Positions 30,522 to 39,770 of a stretch of 64,000 bases of DNA are shown here, piece by piece. The notes beneath the pieces were generated by a model. That model was given only the letters and a program-made list of their open reading frames with translations. It was not told the DNA's origin and ran no database searches. Source of the DNA: an uncultured delta proteobacterium (GTDB taxonomy: Bacteria > Desulfobacterota > Binatia > UBA9968); the NCBI GenBank assembly GCA_963760795.1, contig CAVXEP010000022.1, forward strand, positions 1-64,000. Reading direction: 5' to 3'. Position numbers and translations under genes: made by a program. Positions within the stretch are counted from its first letter, which is position 1. Each line of letters opens with the position of its first letter.

Positions 30522-30700
30522 GGAACTACGGCGAGGGCGTGGCGGACATTGTGCAGGGTGTCGTGCACCGCCGGATAGCTCGACGCCAAGGCGACAAACA
30601 GCGTGGCGCCGCAGATCGACAGAAACACGCCCGACTTGATCAGGAACGAGAGCCTTTCCGATAGCGAAAAACCCAACCAGGTAACTAGAGTTCTCTCCAT
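30512..30700 (-). CDS. cbtB: CbtB-domain metal-binding small membrane protein
   Basis: One TM followed by HDTLHNVRH...PCH. Confidence 0.8.
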   Translation of the reverse strand: MERTLVTWLGFSLSERLSFLIKSGVFLSICGATLFVALASSYPAVHDTLHNVRHALAVVPCH

Positions 30701-30838
30701 AAGTTCGCTCCGAGATCGAATTGCTCACATCATCATCCGAACCACCCGCAGCTGTCAAGCAACGCAGCGATACTTTTCTATTGCCTTTCGGCGCGCCCTT
30801 GCATAAGGCTAGGCCATTCGCAGCACAGGGAGGTTTCT

Positions 30839-31024
30839 ATGCCCGTCGTCCACATCTATATGTTTCCCGGCAAGACCAAGGAACAGAAAAACGAGCTGGT
30901 CAAACGTATCTCCAAGGACTTCGCCGAAGTCGCTAACATCAAACCAGAGTCGCTGAACATTCTATTCCACGACACCGGCAAAGAAGACTGGGGCGTGCGC
31001 GGTTCGCTGGCCTCGGAACAGTAA
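30839..31024 (+). CDS. 4-oxalocrotonate tautomerase family protein
   Basis: Pro1, GKTKEQKNELV, DWGVRG; GGAGG RBS. Confidence 0.9.
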   Translation: MPVVHIYMFPGKTKEQKNELVKRISKDFAEVANIKPESLNILFHDTGKEDWGVRGSLASEQ

Positions 31025-31090
31025 GAAGCTAATTGACCGCCATGTGACCACAAAGGCGTAAGATTTTACGCCCTGGACCTTGGAGCACCC

Positions 31091-31825
31091 ATGTCTCAAG
31101 CCACACCAATGAAAATCGGTTTTCTTGGCTCCAGCGCGCCGTCGAGCCCGCACCACGCGAGCTTCAAGAAGTTCATTCCGGCGGATATCGACTTCACCTT
31201 TATGCAGGAGTCCGGCACCCATACTTCGCTCTACGATGCCCAGGGTAAAGTCCATGCCTTGATCGAGCAGTCGCGCGAGCTAATCGCGACCAACGGTTGG
31301 CACGGCCTAATTCTCAGCGGCGCGCCCAAGGAAGCGCTCAACCCCGGCATGTGGGAGCAAGTCTCAAAGGCGTTGAACGTGCCGGTCACCTTGGCGTTAC
31401 GCTCATCGGTAGCAGCGCTCAAAGCCTTTTCCGCGCAGAAAATCTTGCTCATGACACCGGTGGACGACCGCTTGAAGAAAATGTACTACGACTACCTCTT
31501 GGCATTCGGCATCGAGTCGTTTTATCCGCCGCAAATCCTGCGCGCTCACACCGACGCGCAAAAGCTCACGTCGAGGGATGTCGAGGAGATGACGCGAAAA
31601 GCGCTGAGCGAATACCCCAACGTCGACGCCATCTATTTCCAAGGCGCCCTGCTCGATCCGATCCCGATTCTCGAAAAACTCGAACACGAGTTAAAACTGC
31701 CCATCGTCGCCAGCAACCCGGCGATGCTCTGGCTGGTGCTGTCCAAGCTTGGGCTACGGTACAACATCGCGGGCTACGGCAAACTGTTGGCCTCCTGGCC
31801 GGCCGTGCCAGCGGGACCGTTTTAG
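31091..31825 (+). CDS. Maleate isomerase/arylmalonate decarboxylase-like protein with no cysteine
   Basis: ALKAF...ILLMTP, DAIYF, LEHELKLPIVASNPAMLW, GYGKLL. Confidence 0.75.
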   Translation: MSQATPMKIGFLGSSAPSSPHHASFKKFIPADIDFTFMQESGTHTSLYDAQGKVHALIEQSRELIATNGWHGLILSGAPKEALNPGMWEQVSKALNVPVTLALRSSVAALKAFSAQKILLMTPVDDRLKKMYYDYLLAFGIESFYPPQILRAHTDAQKLTSRDVEEMTRKALSEYPNVDAIYFQGALLDPIPILEKLEHELKLPIVASNPAMLWLVLSKLGLRYNIAGYGKLLASWPAVPAGPF

Positions 31826-31859
31826 TAACGTTCGCACCCGGCATCGGCAAGAAATATTT

Positions 31860-31990
31860 CGCCGCCAAGACGCCGAGCTCGGAATCGTTGTCATTTCGAC
31901 CCTTGGGAGAAATCTATCGAAGATCCCTCGTATTCCCTCGGGATGACGGGCATCGCCCGTCACTTTGCGCGCTTTGCGCCTTTGCGGGAG
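31860..31990. repeat. Nested repeat: GTCAT...ATGAC palindrome inside CGCCAAG/CTTTGCG arms
   Basis: Inner gtcatttcga(31890)...tcgggatgac(31947); outer ctttgcgcgctttgcgcctttgcggga. Confidence 0.65.
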
Positions 31991-32025
31991 ATAGTATCTT
32001 TGAATCAGCTCGGCTGTAGAACGAA

Positions 32026-32952
32026 ATGATCATGCGCACCATCCGCCTCGCCTATCGCGACCACGACCGCACGCCGGTTATTTACTGCATCAAAGCCATG
32101 GCCGAACGCCATTACGGCGTCCATGTCGAAGTAGTTCACATCGAACCGCAACGCGAGTTCGAAGCGGCGTTGTTCGACCATGCCTGCGACGTGATTATCG
32201 AGCATATCGAATATCTCCACACCGAGGCGGCTAAAGGTAAAAAGGCCACGCTCTTCTGCGCGCCGCAGCTTCAGCGCGGCCTGCAATTGGTCGTGCCGCA
32301 GTCATTTAATTCCCTCGACGATCTCAAAGGCAAAACCATGGCCGTGCGCGATCTCGGCCGGCCACACCGCATCAGTCTGTGGCTGCGCAAAGTAGGACTG
32401 GAGAACTCGGTCAAGACGATCATCGTGCCTGACAAAGAAGTCGGCCGCTGGCAGCAGTGGCGCAAGGTCGTCAGCGGCGAATGCGCCGCCTGTTTCATGG
32501 CGCCGATTTATTTGCCCGCCGCCATCGCTGCCGGGCTCAAAACCTTTCCCGCCAGCGAAGCGGAAATCGTCAGCCTGTTCGCTCAGGCGTGTCTTGCCGA
32601 GTTCGGCAGAAACAACTCGGCGTTGATGAAGGACTACCTCAAAGCCGTGATCCACGCCCTCGCCCTGTTGATTTACCGGCGCGATGAAGCGATGGAGATC
32701 GTCGCCGAGGAACCGATGCGTCTGATGAAGCTCACCGACCGCGGCGAACTGCGCCGCCAGGTCGACTCCATCGCCGAGCTATTGCAAGTCAAACCCTACC
32801 CGACCATCGAAGCGATCGTGAACACCGACGAAATCGCCGCCCAGGAATACGGCCCGACGGTGGAAAATCCGCTGACGCTGTGGGACCTGCACTGGTTAAA
32901 AGAACTCGACGACGAAGGGTTTATTGATAATCTCATCGCGAGCCTTTCCTAA
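32026..32952 (+). CDS. SsuA/THI5-fold protein without signal peptide
   Basis: LDDLKGKTMAV, KPYPT, LKELDDEGFIDNL; begins directly with IRLAY. Confidence 0.75.
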   Translation: MIMRTIRLAYRDHDRTPVIYCIKAMAERHYGVHVEVVHIEPQREFEAALFDHACDVIIEHIEYLHTEAAKGKKATLFCAPQLQRGLQLVVPQSFNSLDDLKGKTMAVRDLGRPHRISLWLRKVGLENSVKTIIVPDKEVGRWQQWRKVVSGECAACFMAPIYLPAAIAAGLKTFPASEAEIVSLFAQACLAEFGRNNSALMKDYLKAVIHALALLIYRRDEAMEIVAEEPMRLMKLTDRGELRRQVDSIAELLQVKPYPTIEAIVNTDEIAAQEYGPTVENPLTLWDLHWLKELDDEGFIDNLIASLS

Positions 32953-32994
32953 TGGCAAGGCACGCCTTGCTTCTACGAACAATGGCGATTAAAG

Positions 32995-33020
32995 AGGGCG
33001 GGTTTCAAACCCGCCCCTAC
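32995..33020 (-). repeat. GTAG-type REP
   Basis: GTAG-GGGCGGGTTT-G-AAACCCGCCC; degenerate GTAG copy at 32958-32976. Confidence 0.75.
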
Positions 33021-33029
33021 TTTTCGGAA

Positions 33030-33118
33030 ATTCTTTTTGCGTTATTCTGCGTTCTTTGCGGCCAACACTCCGAATCCGACTCTTCTTCCTATGTGAACTT
33101 TGTGCTCTTTGTGGTTAA
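33030..33118. repeat. Half copies of the nonamer elements
   Basis: ttctgcgttctttgcggc and ctttgtgctctttgtggttaa. Confidence 0.55.
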
Positions 33119-33128
33119 ATCCCTGCGA

Positions 33129-33620
33129 ATGAAAAAACTTCTCATCGTCTTTCACTCTATGACCAGCGGCACTTTCCAGATGGCCCAGGCCGCCGCCAAC
33201 GGTGCTCAGAGCGAGCCGGACGTGGCGGTGAATCTCATCCACGCCGGCGAAGCCGGACCAAGCGAGCTGCTCCAGGCCGACGGCTACATCTTCGCCACGC
33301 CGGAGAACCTCGCGATGATGTCAGGGGTCATGAAAGACTTCTTCGACCGCACCTATTATCCGGCCTTCGACCGCATCGTCGGCCGACCCTACGCGACTTT
33401 GATTTGCGCCGGCAGCGACGGCGAGAACGCCGCCCGGCAGATTCAGCGCATCGCCACCGGCTGGCGCTTAAAACCCATAGCGGAGCCAACTATAGTCTGC
33501 ACCTACGCGCAAACGCCCGACGAGATCTTGGCCAAGAAGCAGATCGGCGAGTTCGATCTCCAACGCTGCGAAGAGATCGGCGCCACGCTAGCGGCGGGAT
33601 TGGCCCTGGGCATTTACTGA
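33129..33620 (+). CDS. Flavodoxin/WrbA-like FMN protein
   Basis: FHSMTSGT, ATPEN, MKDFFDR, AGSDG. Confidence 0.85.
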   Translation: MKKLLIVFHSMTSGTFQMAQAAANGAQSEPDVAVNLIHAGEAGPSELLQADGYIFATPENLAMMSGVMKDFFDRTYYPAFDRIVGRPYATLICAGSDGENAARQIQRIATGWRLKPIAEPTIVCTYAQTPDEILAKKQIGEFDLQRCEEIGATLAAGLALGIY

Positions 33621-33700
33621 AATGACGGCGCCAGATCGAAATTCGCCTTGACACCCAACCACCCGTTTGCTACCGCTCGCAACGGAACAACCGCTCGAGC

Positions 33701-33752
33701 TGGAACGATTTGAACCTCTGAACGGCTTGAATGTTTTGAACCCACTTGAACA
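33701..33752. repeat. TTGAAC tandem repeat in 5' leader
   Basis: tggaacgat ttgaacct ctgaacggc ttgaatgtt ttgaaccca cttgaacac; TTGACA at 33648 upstream. Confidence 0.75.
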
Positions 33753-33773
33753 CTGGACTTGGAGGGACTTACT

Positions 33774-34850
33774 ATGAACATCGTCGAACCCCGCGGAGCG
33801 GTCCACTGGATCGATCACTTTGTCGTCGGCACCAATAACATGAGCGCCTGGGTGGATTGGGCGGTGAACTCCACTGGCATCACCCGGCAGCCGATTATTG
33901 GCCTCACCACCGCCGCGCGCAAACGCAACATCAAGATCACCAGCTTCCTTTGGTGGGACGGCGGCTCCTGCCGCATCGGCGCGTTTCTCCAGCCCGAGTT
34001 TTATCCACCGGCAAAGGAGCTGGGCAAGGATCTGCCGCGCTGCGGCTTTTACATCCGGCCCGAAGACATCGACAAACATCTGCGCCGCCTCGACCGCCAC
34101 AAAGTTCCCCACACCGACGCAATCCGCACCGCCGCCGATGGCGACGACGGCACGGTAATCTATTTCGCCGATCCGGACGGCAACCAGTACGAGTTATGGG
34201 CGCCGGTAGAAATGCCCGAGGGCGCAATGGACATCGCCACGGAAGAAGGCGTCGGGCGCATCAGCCACGCCGTCTTCGGCGCGCGCGATTTAACGAAGAA
34301 TGCCGCGTTCTTTGCAAAATACTGCGGCATCGAACCGGAACAAAACTCCAAGACCGCCGAAGGAACGTTGGTCCTGCGTCTGCGCGCCGGCGGCCGCCTG
34401 GTTTACAAGTTAGTGGATAAAGTCGACGAGCGCGTCTCCGGCCACGGCACCTGGTGGGACATGCACACCGCGCTGACGGTTCGCCAGGAAGAGTTTCTGC
34501 CCGACTACCGGCGCATGTGGGAGGGTATTCCCGAAGAGAAAGCTTACAAAGCCGATCTCAATCTCAGCCTCGAAGAACAAGAAGCTCTACCCGCGCGCAC
34601 CGGTCTGCATCGCAGCCCGGTGGGAATCCGCTGGAAGGAAATCTGCAGCCGCGGCGATGAATTCTACGACTGGGACTGCCATTCATTTCACTTCATCGGC
34701 GGCAAGCCGCTGGCGGCTAACAACTCCATGGCACTTTACGAAGCGATCGAACAGGAAGATTACCTGCTAGAACTGGCCCAGTCGTTGAACAAGAGCGACC
34801 AGCCCGACTTGATGAAAGGATTGGGCAAGGACAATCCCTTTAACGTGTAG
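33774..34850 (+). CDS. Two-domain VOC/glyoxalase-superfamily protein
   Basis: IDHFVV, YFADPDGNQYEL, GRISHAV, FYDWDCHSFHF. Confidence 0.75.
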   Translation: MNIVEPRGAVHWIDHFVVGTNNMSAWVDWAVNSTGITRQPIIGLTTAARKRNIKITSFLWWDGGSCRIGAFLQPEFYPPAKELGKDLPRCGFYIRPEDIDKHLRRLDRHKVPHTDAIRTAADGDDGTVIYFADPDGNQYELWAPVEMPEGAMDIATEEGVGRISHAVFGARDLTKNAAFFAKYCGIEPEQNSKTAEGTLVLRLRAGGRLVYKLVDKVDERVSGHGTWWDMHTALTVRQEEFLPDYRRMWEGIPEEKAYKADLNLSLEEQEALPARTGLHRSPVGIRWKEICSRGDEFYDWDCHSFHFIGGKPLAANNSMALYEAIEQEDYLLELAQSLNKSDQPDLMKGLGKDNPFNV

Positions 34851-34870
34851 CGTTGCCTTTTGGCTCAGTC

Positions 34871-34915
34871 CGAACGATTGGAACGGACTGGAACGTATTG
34901 AATGATTGGAACGAT
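34871..34915. repeat. T(G/T)GAAC tandem repeat
   Basis: cgaacgat tggaacggac tggaacgta ttgaatgat tggaacgat. Confidence 0.7.
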
Positions 34916-34987
34916 AAGGACGCACTGTTGAAACAGTTCAGCGAAGCTCTCCACATTGTTTCGAACTAAAAACCACGAAAGAATCCA

Positions 34988-35803
34988 ATGGCAAATCATA
35001 TTCGCGGACCGCTTTATTACGAACGGATGGGACGCACCGGACCGGTCATCGCTTTCGTTCATCCCAACCCGATGGATCAGTCTTGCTGGATTTATCAGAT
35101 GGCGCACCTATCGACTTGGTACCGCTGCATCGCCATCGATATTCCGGGATACGGCCGTTCGCCCAAGGCCGACGCCGGGCTGACCATGGACGATATGGCC
35201 CAAGCCTGCTGGGAAGCGATCGACGAAGTGGCGCCCGGCGAGAAAGCGATATTGGCTGGCTGTTCAGTAGGCTCGTCCATCGCGCCGTTCATGTACCACC
35301 AGCGCCCGGACAAGACCGCGGCGCTCGTGCTATGCGGCACCGGCTACAATCCGACCAAGGAATTCACCAAGAAACGCATCGATAATTACAGCGCTGAAGG
35401 CATCGGTTATCGCTGGCGCTACACCTTTGAGGACATGAGTGCGGCGTTCCGCGTAACGCCGATGGCGCACTTCTTCGCCAACATGTTTAGCGAGCGCAAT
35501 GAATACGCCGATGCGGAGACGATCATTCATCAGTTTCGCGCCCTCGCCCAGCCCTACCCCGAAGGCCATCACGAGCGCATCGCCTGCCCGATGATCATCC
35601 TCACCGGCAGCGAAGACGGCAGTCATCCGAGCTCATTCGCGCTCCAAGCCCGGGTTCCCAACTGCGAGTTGAAAGTCCTACCAGGCGCCGGCCACGCCTG
35701 TCAGATCGAGCAGCCCTGGCTGTTCAACCGCTTGATGCTCGAGTTCTTCTCCAATCATGGCTTGTTCCCCGGCAAGGCGAAGCCGATTAAATCGATCCTG
35801 TGA
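34988..35803 (+). CDS. alpha/beta hydrolase
   Basis: DIPGYGRS, GCSVG, GSED, GAGH. Confidence 0.88.
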   Translation: MANHIRGPLYYERMGRTGPVIAFVHPNPMDQSCWIYQMAHLSTWYRCIAIDIPGYGRSPKADAGLTMDDMAQACWEAIDEVAPGEKAILAGCSVGSSIAPFMYHQRPDKTAALVLCGTGYNPTKEFTKKRIDNYSAEGIGYRWRYTFEDMSAAFRVTPMAHFFANMFSERNEYADAETIIHQFRALAQPYPEGHHERIACPMIILTGSEDGSHPSSFALQARVPNCELKVLPGAGHACQIEQPWLFNRLMLEFFSNHGLFPGKAKPIKSIL

Positions 35804-35825
35804 TGGGAGTGTGCGAGATCTAAGT

Positions 35826-35898
35826 GAGATTTTTCGCGTCGCTCGGATGACAAGAATCCTGTCTTGGGAACTTGGCGTCTTTGCGCCTTTGCGGGAGA
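35826..35898. repeat. Partial copy of the nested repeat
   Basis: gagattt...ctcggatgac followed by cttggcgtctttgcgcctttgcgggag. Confidence 0.55.
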
Positions 35899-35997
35899 TA
35901 AACCGAGTTTCGCTTGCGGCTATGCGGCGTTGTGTTCTTCCTGGTGAAAAAAGCTAACCCTGACCCATTGTCCGGACGGGGTGTTGAAGAAACAAAG

Positions 35998-36993
35998 TCA
36001 GAACCGGCCCTCCTTTTCTAACCGTTTCACCACGCTATCGTCGACCAATTCCTCGGCCTTGAGGCGGCGGATCTTTTCGTTGCCGGCGCCGAGCAGGCGA
36101 ATGACATTGCGCACGCCGTCGACACTGGGATAGATTTTTCTTTCGTAGATACTGAGCATGTTTTGATAGCCTTCGTCGGCGTCTTCGATGCGTTTGAGCC
36201 TTAAACCTTTGGCCAAACTCTTGATGACCTGCGACTTATTTTCCGGATTACGAACGAAGGCGACGCCGTCGAGCAATCCTTTGATGACGTTTTCGACGGT
36301 CGTCGATGACGATGTCATCGCGCTCCGCCGCGTGATGAGCCCGGTACCCTGATACGCGATCGGCAGTTTCTCCAAATCGGCGAGCACGCGGAACCCCTTG
36401 TTCTGTACGATCTTGGCGTAGGTGTAGCTCAGATAAGCGGCGTCGACATTGCCGGCAAGGAGCGCCTGCGAGACCACCGAATTGTCGCCCAGCGCGCGGA
36501 CTTGAATCTTGTCTCGCTCCGGCACGAGCCCCCAGTGATCGAGGGCGAGCATGGTAAAGATCCAAGTGCCGCCGCTCAAACTATTGACACCGACGCTCCG
36601 CCCCTTCAATTCTGCCGGCGTCTTGATCTTTGGATTAGCCGCAAAGGCACCGGTCAAGCGATTGATGAAGCCGGCGACGAAAACTAAGTCGGCACCCTCG
36701 GCGATCGCGCCGAGATTCGCCGCCGACACCGATCCCCAATGCAGCAGCGACTCGCCGGAACTGAGCGCCGCCATGCCGACGGGCCCGTTGCGCACCTGCA
36801 CCAGCGTCACGTCAAGACCGTACTTGCGGAAGTAACCTTGGTCCTGGGCGACATACAGCGCCCCTTCCCGCTCGCTCGACGAGCCGGTGGTAAGGAGCAC
36901 TTTCGTCAGTGGCGCCGCTGCGTGGGCGGGTACAGCATCGGCAACCAGTAAAGCGAAAAGAATCAGCAGCGAGCCAGCCGGAGTAAATTTCAT
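35998..36993 (-). CDS. SsuA/NMT1-like substrate-binding protein
   Basis: AGGAG RBS; signal peptide; GYFRKYGLDV, ELKGRSVGV. Confidence 0.85.
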   Translation of the reverse strand: MKFTPAGSLLILFALLVADAVPAHAAAPLTKVLLTTGSSSEREGALYVAQDQGYFRKYGLDVTLVQVRNGPVGMAALSSGESLLHWGSVSAANLGAIAEGADLVFVAGFINRLTGAFAANPKIKTPAELKGRSVGVNSLSGGTWIFTMLALDHWGLVPERDKIQVRALGDNSVVSQALLAGNVDAAYLSYTYAKIVQNKGFRVLADLEKLPIAYQGTGLITRRSAMTSSSTTVENVIKGLLDGVAFVRNPENKSQVIKSLAKGLRLKRIEDADEGYQNMLSIYERKIYPSVDGVRNVIRLLGAGNEKIRRLKAEELVDDSVVKRLEKEGRF

Positions 36994-37261
36994 CTAAAAT
37001 CTCCTGACTACGGGTCGGAGTAATTGCCTCGCGCAAGCGCAAAGCCCACCAGGTGAAGCCAGCGCCTGCAGCCGCATTCGCATTTGAAGTATTCTTTTCC
37101 GATCGGCGGCTTTTCCATAGGTTCACTTTCAAATCACTATAGCAGCGGTCGGCCGGCTGCGCCAAATCACCGAAGGATCTCTCGCGCTCAAACCGTTCGA
37201 GTCGTTGACAGAATCAAACGAAGAGATTAGTGACAATGTTCATTGGCTAGCAGGAGAAGAT

Positions 37262-37975
37262 ATGAACCAAATGGTTTTCATTCACGGCCCTGGGGCGGGT
37301 GGATGCGCCGAATCGTTTGTCCATCAGCTCAAACATTATCCGGAGAGCCTCGCGCCGACGTTGCCTGGACATCTAGAGGGAAGACCCTGTGCCAGTGTGG
37401 AACGATATACGGAATGGTTGAGGGGATGGTTATGGTCGAAAGGCAAACAGCAAGACTTGGTGCTGGTCGGTTTCACGCTGGGTGGTTGTATCGCGCTCGA
37501 GTACGGCCTGGACTATCCCGATGAGGTCAAGGCGCTGGTATTGATTACCACCGGCATGCGCCCCAGGGAGCGGCGGCCGGGCACTCTGGAGTTTCGCCTG
37601 AAGGCTGCGGAAGATCCTGAAACGTATCGGCAATGGCTGGACACCATGCGGCACCAGTTCTTGTTTATGCAGCCGGAGCTAGGTGAACATCTTGTCGAGT
37701 GTCATCGCAAGGTAGGACCGTTATCGCAGCACGGCGATTTCGTCGTCATCGACCAATTCGACGTCAGGGAACGCATTAACACTCTTAAACCGCCGCTACT
37801 CTTAATAAAGGGGGCGGACGATCCCGCCTTATCGCCGGAGTATGAACTGGAGATTCATGAAGCTGTTCCCGGCTCGCAATACCTGAAACTTAAAAATGCC
37901 GGCCACTTCCCTTTCGCAGAGAGGCCGGTGGAAGTTAACCGCGCAATCGACGAGTTCCTGGCATCGCGCACGTAA
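37262..37975 (+). CDS. alpha/beta hydrolase with Thr at the nucleophile position
   Basis: FIHG, LPGH, GFTLGG, GADD, NAGH. Confidence 0.8.
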   Translation: MNQMVFIHGPGAGGCAESFVHQLKHYPESLAPTLPGHLEGRPCASVERYTEWLRGWLWSKGKQQDLVLVGFTLGGCIALEYGLDYPDEVKALVLITTGMRPRERRPGTLEFRLKAAEDPETYRQWLDTMRHQFLFMQPELGEHLVECHRKVGPLSQHGDFVVIDQFDVRERINTLKPPLLLIKGADDPALSPEYELEIHEAVPGSQYLKLKNAGHFPFAERPVEVNRAIDEFLASRT

Positions 37976-38015
37976 CTCCCGCGTAAAGCTGCTGAGCCTA
38001 CGAGAAAAGACTTTC

Positions 38016-38110
38016 TCACCACGAAGGACACGAAGGACAGATATCGGAGAGAGCTCCAAATCTGAAAAAAATGTTTTCTTCCTTCGTGCTCTTCGTGTCC
38101 TTCGTGGTGA
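38016..38110. repeat. CACGAAG nonamer-period palindromic element
   Basis: tcaccacgaaggacacgaagg...ccttcgtgctcttcgtgtccttcgtggtga, between convergent genes. Confidence 0.85.
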
Positions 38111-38152
38111 AAACTGTCCTTTGTTATTAGGTTGTAGCTCTGCCCGTTGGCG

Positions 38153-39532
38153 TCATCCAGATAGATTTGGCGCCACCGTCAAGGAAATCAGTTCGCCGAT
38201 CCGCTCGACTTCGTCCAAACGACGCAGGCAGGCCAGGAGATCGTTAATTTGCCTCTCCGGAAGCAGCGGCGCCGCCAGCGGACGAAATTTCCGCTCCTGA
38301 TCTTCGTCGGTCATCAACCGTTTGAAATGGCCGAGATGGTAGGCCACTTTCGTCGAGAGCACTTTGCCTGAGTTCATCTCGATGTCGACAATGTTCAAGG
38401 GAACGTCCGGCCAGGCGGCAACAGGCTCTTCGCCGATCCGCACGGTGATTTTTTGCATGAGCGCTCGAACATCGGGGCGCTTGTAGTACAGCTGGTCGTA
38501 GTGGCGAATCTCCACGCCGCCTTCCATCAGCGCAACGGCCATCACGAAGGGCAGACTGTGATCGGCGCTCTCCCTGGTTTCCGGCTGCCAATTCGCTTCT
38601 CCTGAACCCATGACCTCGAAGCCGGCGGGAAAAGTTTGCAGGCGAATTTCTTTAATGTCGTCGAGATTGGCGATTTGCGATCGCAAGTTGATAATCGCCT
38701 CGATCGCGCTCTGCGAGAAATACCCAGCAGGAAACGCTTTCAGCCGCGCTTTCATGATGCGGTAGCCGTCGGCGGAGTCCGCCAACGGTCTGATCTCAAA
38801 GCGGATCCCCGTGCTAGCAAAGAATCCGGCCTTGCCTTCGAAAGCTTCCTCCGGACCCGTCATTCCTTTGGCGGCCAGCATGGCGCAAAAAACCGCATTC
38901 CTCGAAGCATTGGCCAACGCGCATCCCTTCCAATGGGAAATTTGACCTCTTCTGATTTGCTCGAGACTGATATGAGACGCGACCGCCAAGCTGATCGCGT
39001 TAGCCATCTGTTCTTTGGTATGGCCGAATAGTTTTGCCGCCACTACCGCCGCAGCGATGACGCCGTAGGTCGATTGATCCCAAATACGCCCGCGCTCGTT
39101 CGCTCCGGCGTCGATGAGTCCACAAAGCACCTCATAACCCAAAACCGTTCCCAGGATCACGTCTTTGCCGTCGCCGTGTCTTGCGTCGACGACGGCCAAC
39201 ACCGGGGCAAGCAGATCGCTCGGGTGGCAGGTTGGTGAACCGGCGTAGGTGTCGTTGAAATCGAGATAACGGATCATCACGCCGTTGGCGAAAGCTGCGA
39301 GGTCAGGCGAGGTTTTCCGGCCGCTAATCAAAACGGCGGACGGGATGGCCGAAGTTATCTCAGATGCGGCGGCTCTAGCGATCTTGGCCGGCGGACTTTC
39401 GGCCCCTCCGAGCGCGCACCCTACGGTGTCCAGGACAATGTGCTTGGTCCGGCGTATCACTTCCGGCGGCAGGTTGCGATACGACAACTTCAGCGCGTAG
39501 TCGCAAAGATGATTGAGGATTCGGTCGGCCAT
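38153..39532 (-). CDS. MmgE/PrpD-family dehydratase/epimerase
   Basis: LDTVGCALG, RYLDFND, HPSD, SHWKG, ETRESADHSLP. Confidence 0.9.
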   Translation of the reverse strand: MADRILNHLCDYALKLSYRNLPPEVIRRTKHIVLDTVGCALGGAESPPAKIARAAASEITSAIPSAVLISGRKTSPDLAAFANGVMIRYLDFNDTYAGSPTCHPSDLLAPVLAVVDARHGDGKDVILGTVLGYEVLCGLIDAGANERGRIWDQSTYGVIAAAVVAAKLFGHTKEQMANAISLAVASHISLEQIRRGQISHWKGCALANASRNAVFCAMLAAKGMTGPEEAFEGKAGFFASTGIRFEIRPLADSADGYRIMKARLKAFPAGYFSQSAIEAIINLRSQIANLDDIKEIRLQTFPAGFEVMGSGEANWQPETRESADHSLPFVMAVALMEGGVEIRHYDQLYYKRPDVRALMQKITVRIGEEPVAAWPDVPLNIVDIEMNSGKVLSTKVAYHLGHFKRLMTDEDQERKFRPLAAPLLPERQINDLLACLRRLDEVERIGELISLTVAPNLSG

Positions 39533-39770
39533 TTTTTTCTGGGTCGAACCTGGGCCCAAGCGGAGCTTAAGCATTTGCGTCAGCGCCTGGGAAAGCATTA
39601 CATAGCTTGAAGTTCGTCCCCGGCAAGTGTTCGGCAGCAACTACCTGCTCCGTGACTGCCACAGCCACCGATGAGTGATATACCAGTCGGCATCGGGGTC
39701 GAGCCTGGGTGTTGATTGATTTGTCCGAAACCGACGAATCAAAAGGGCCATTGGACGATTCACGCTTCAC

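Noticed and set aside
30700-30838. Cobalamin riboswitch upstream of cbtB
   Set aside because: Region is too short and no B12-box motif is recognisable
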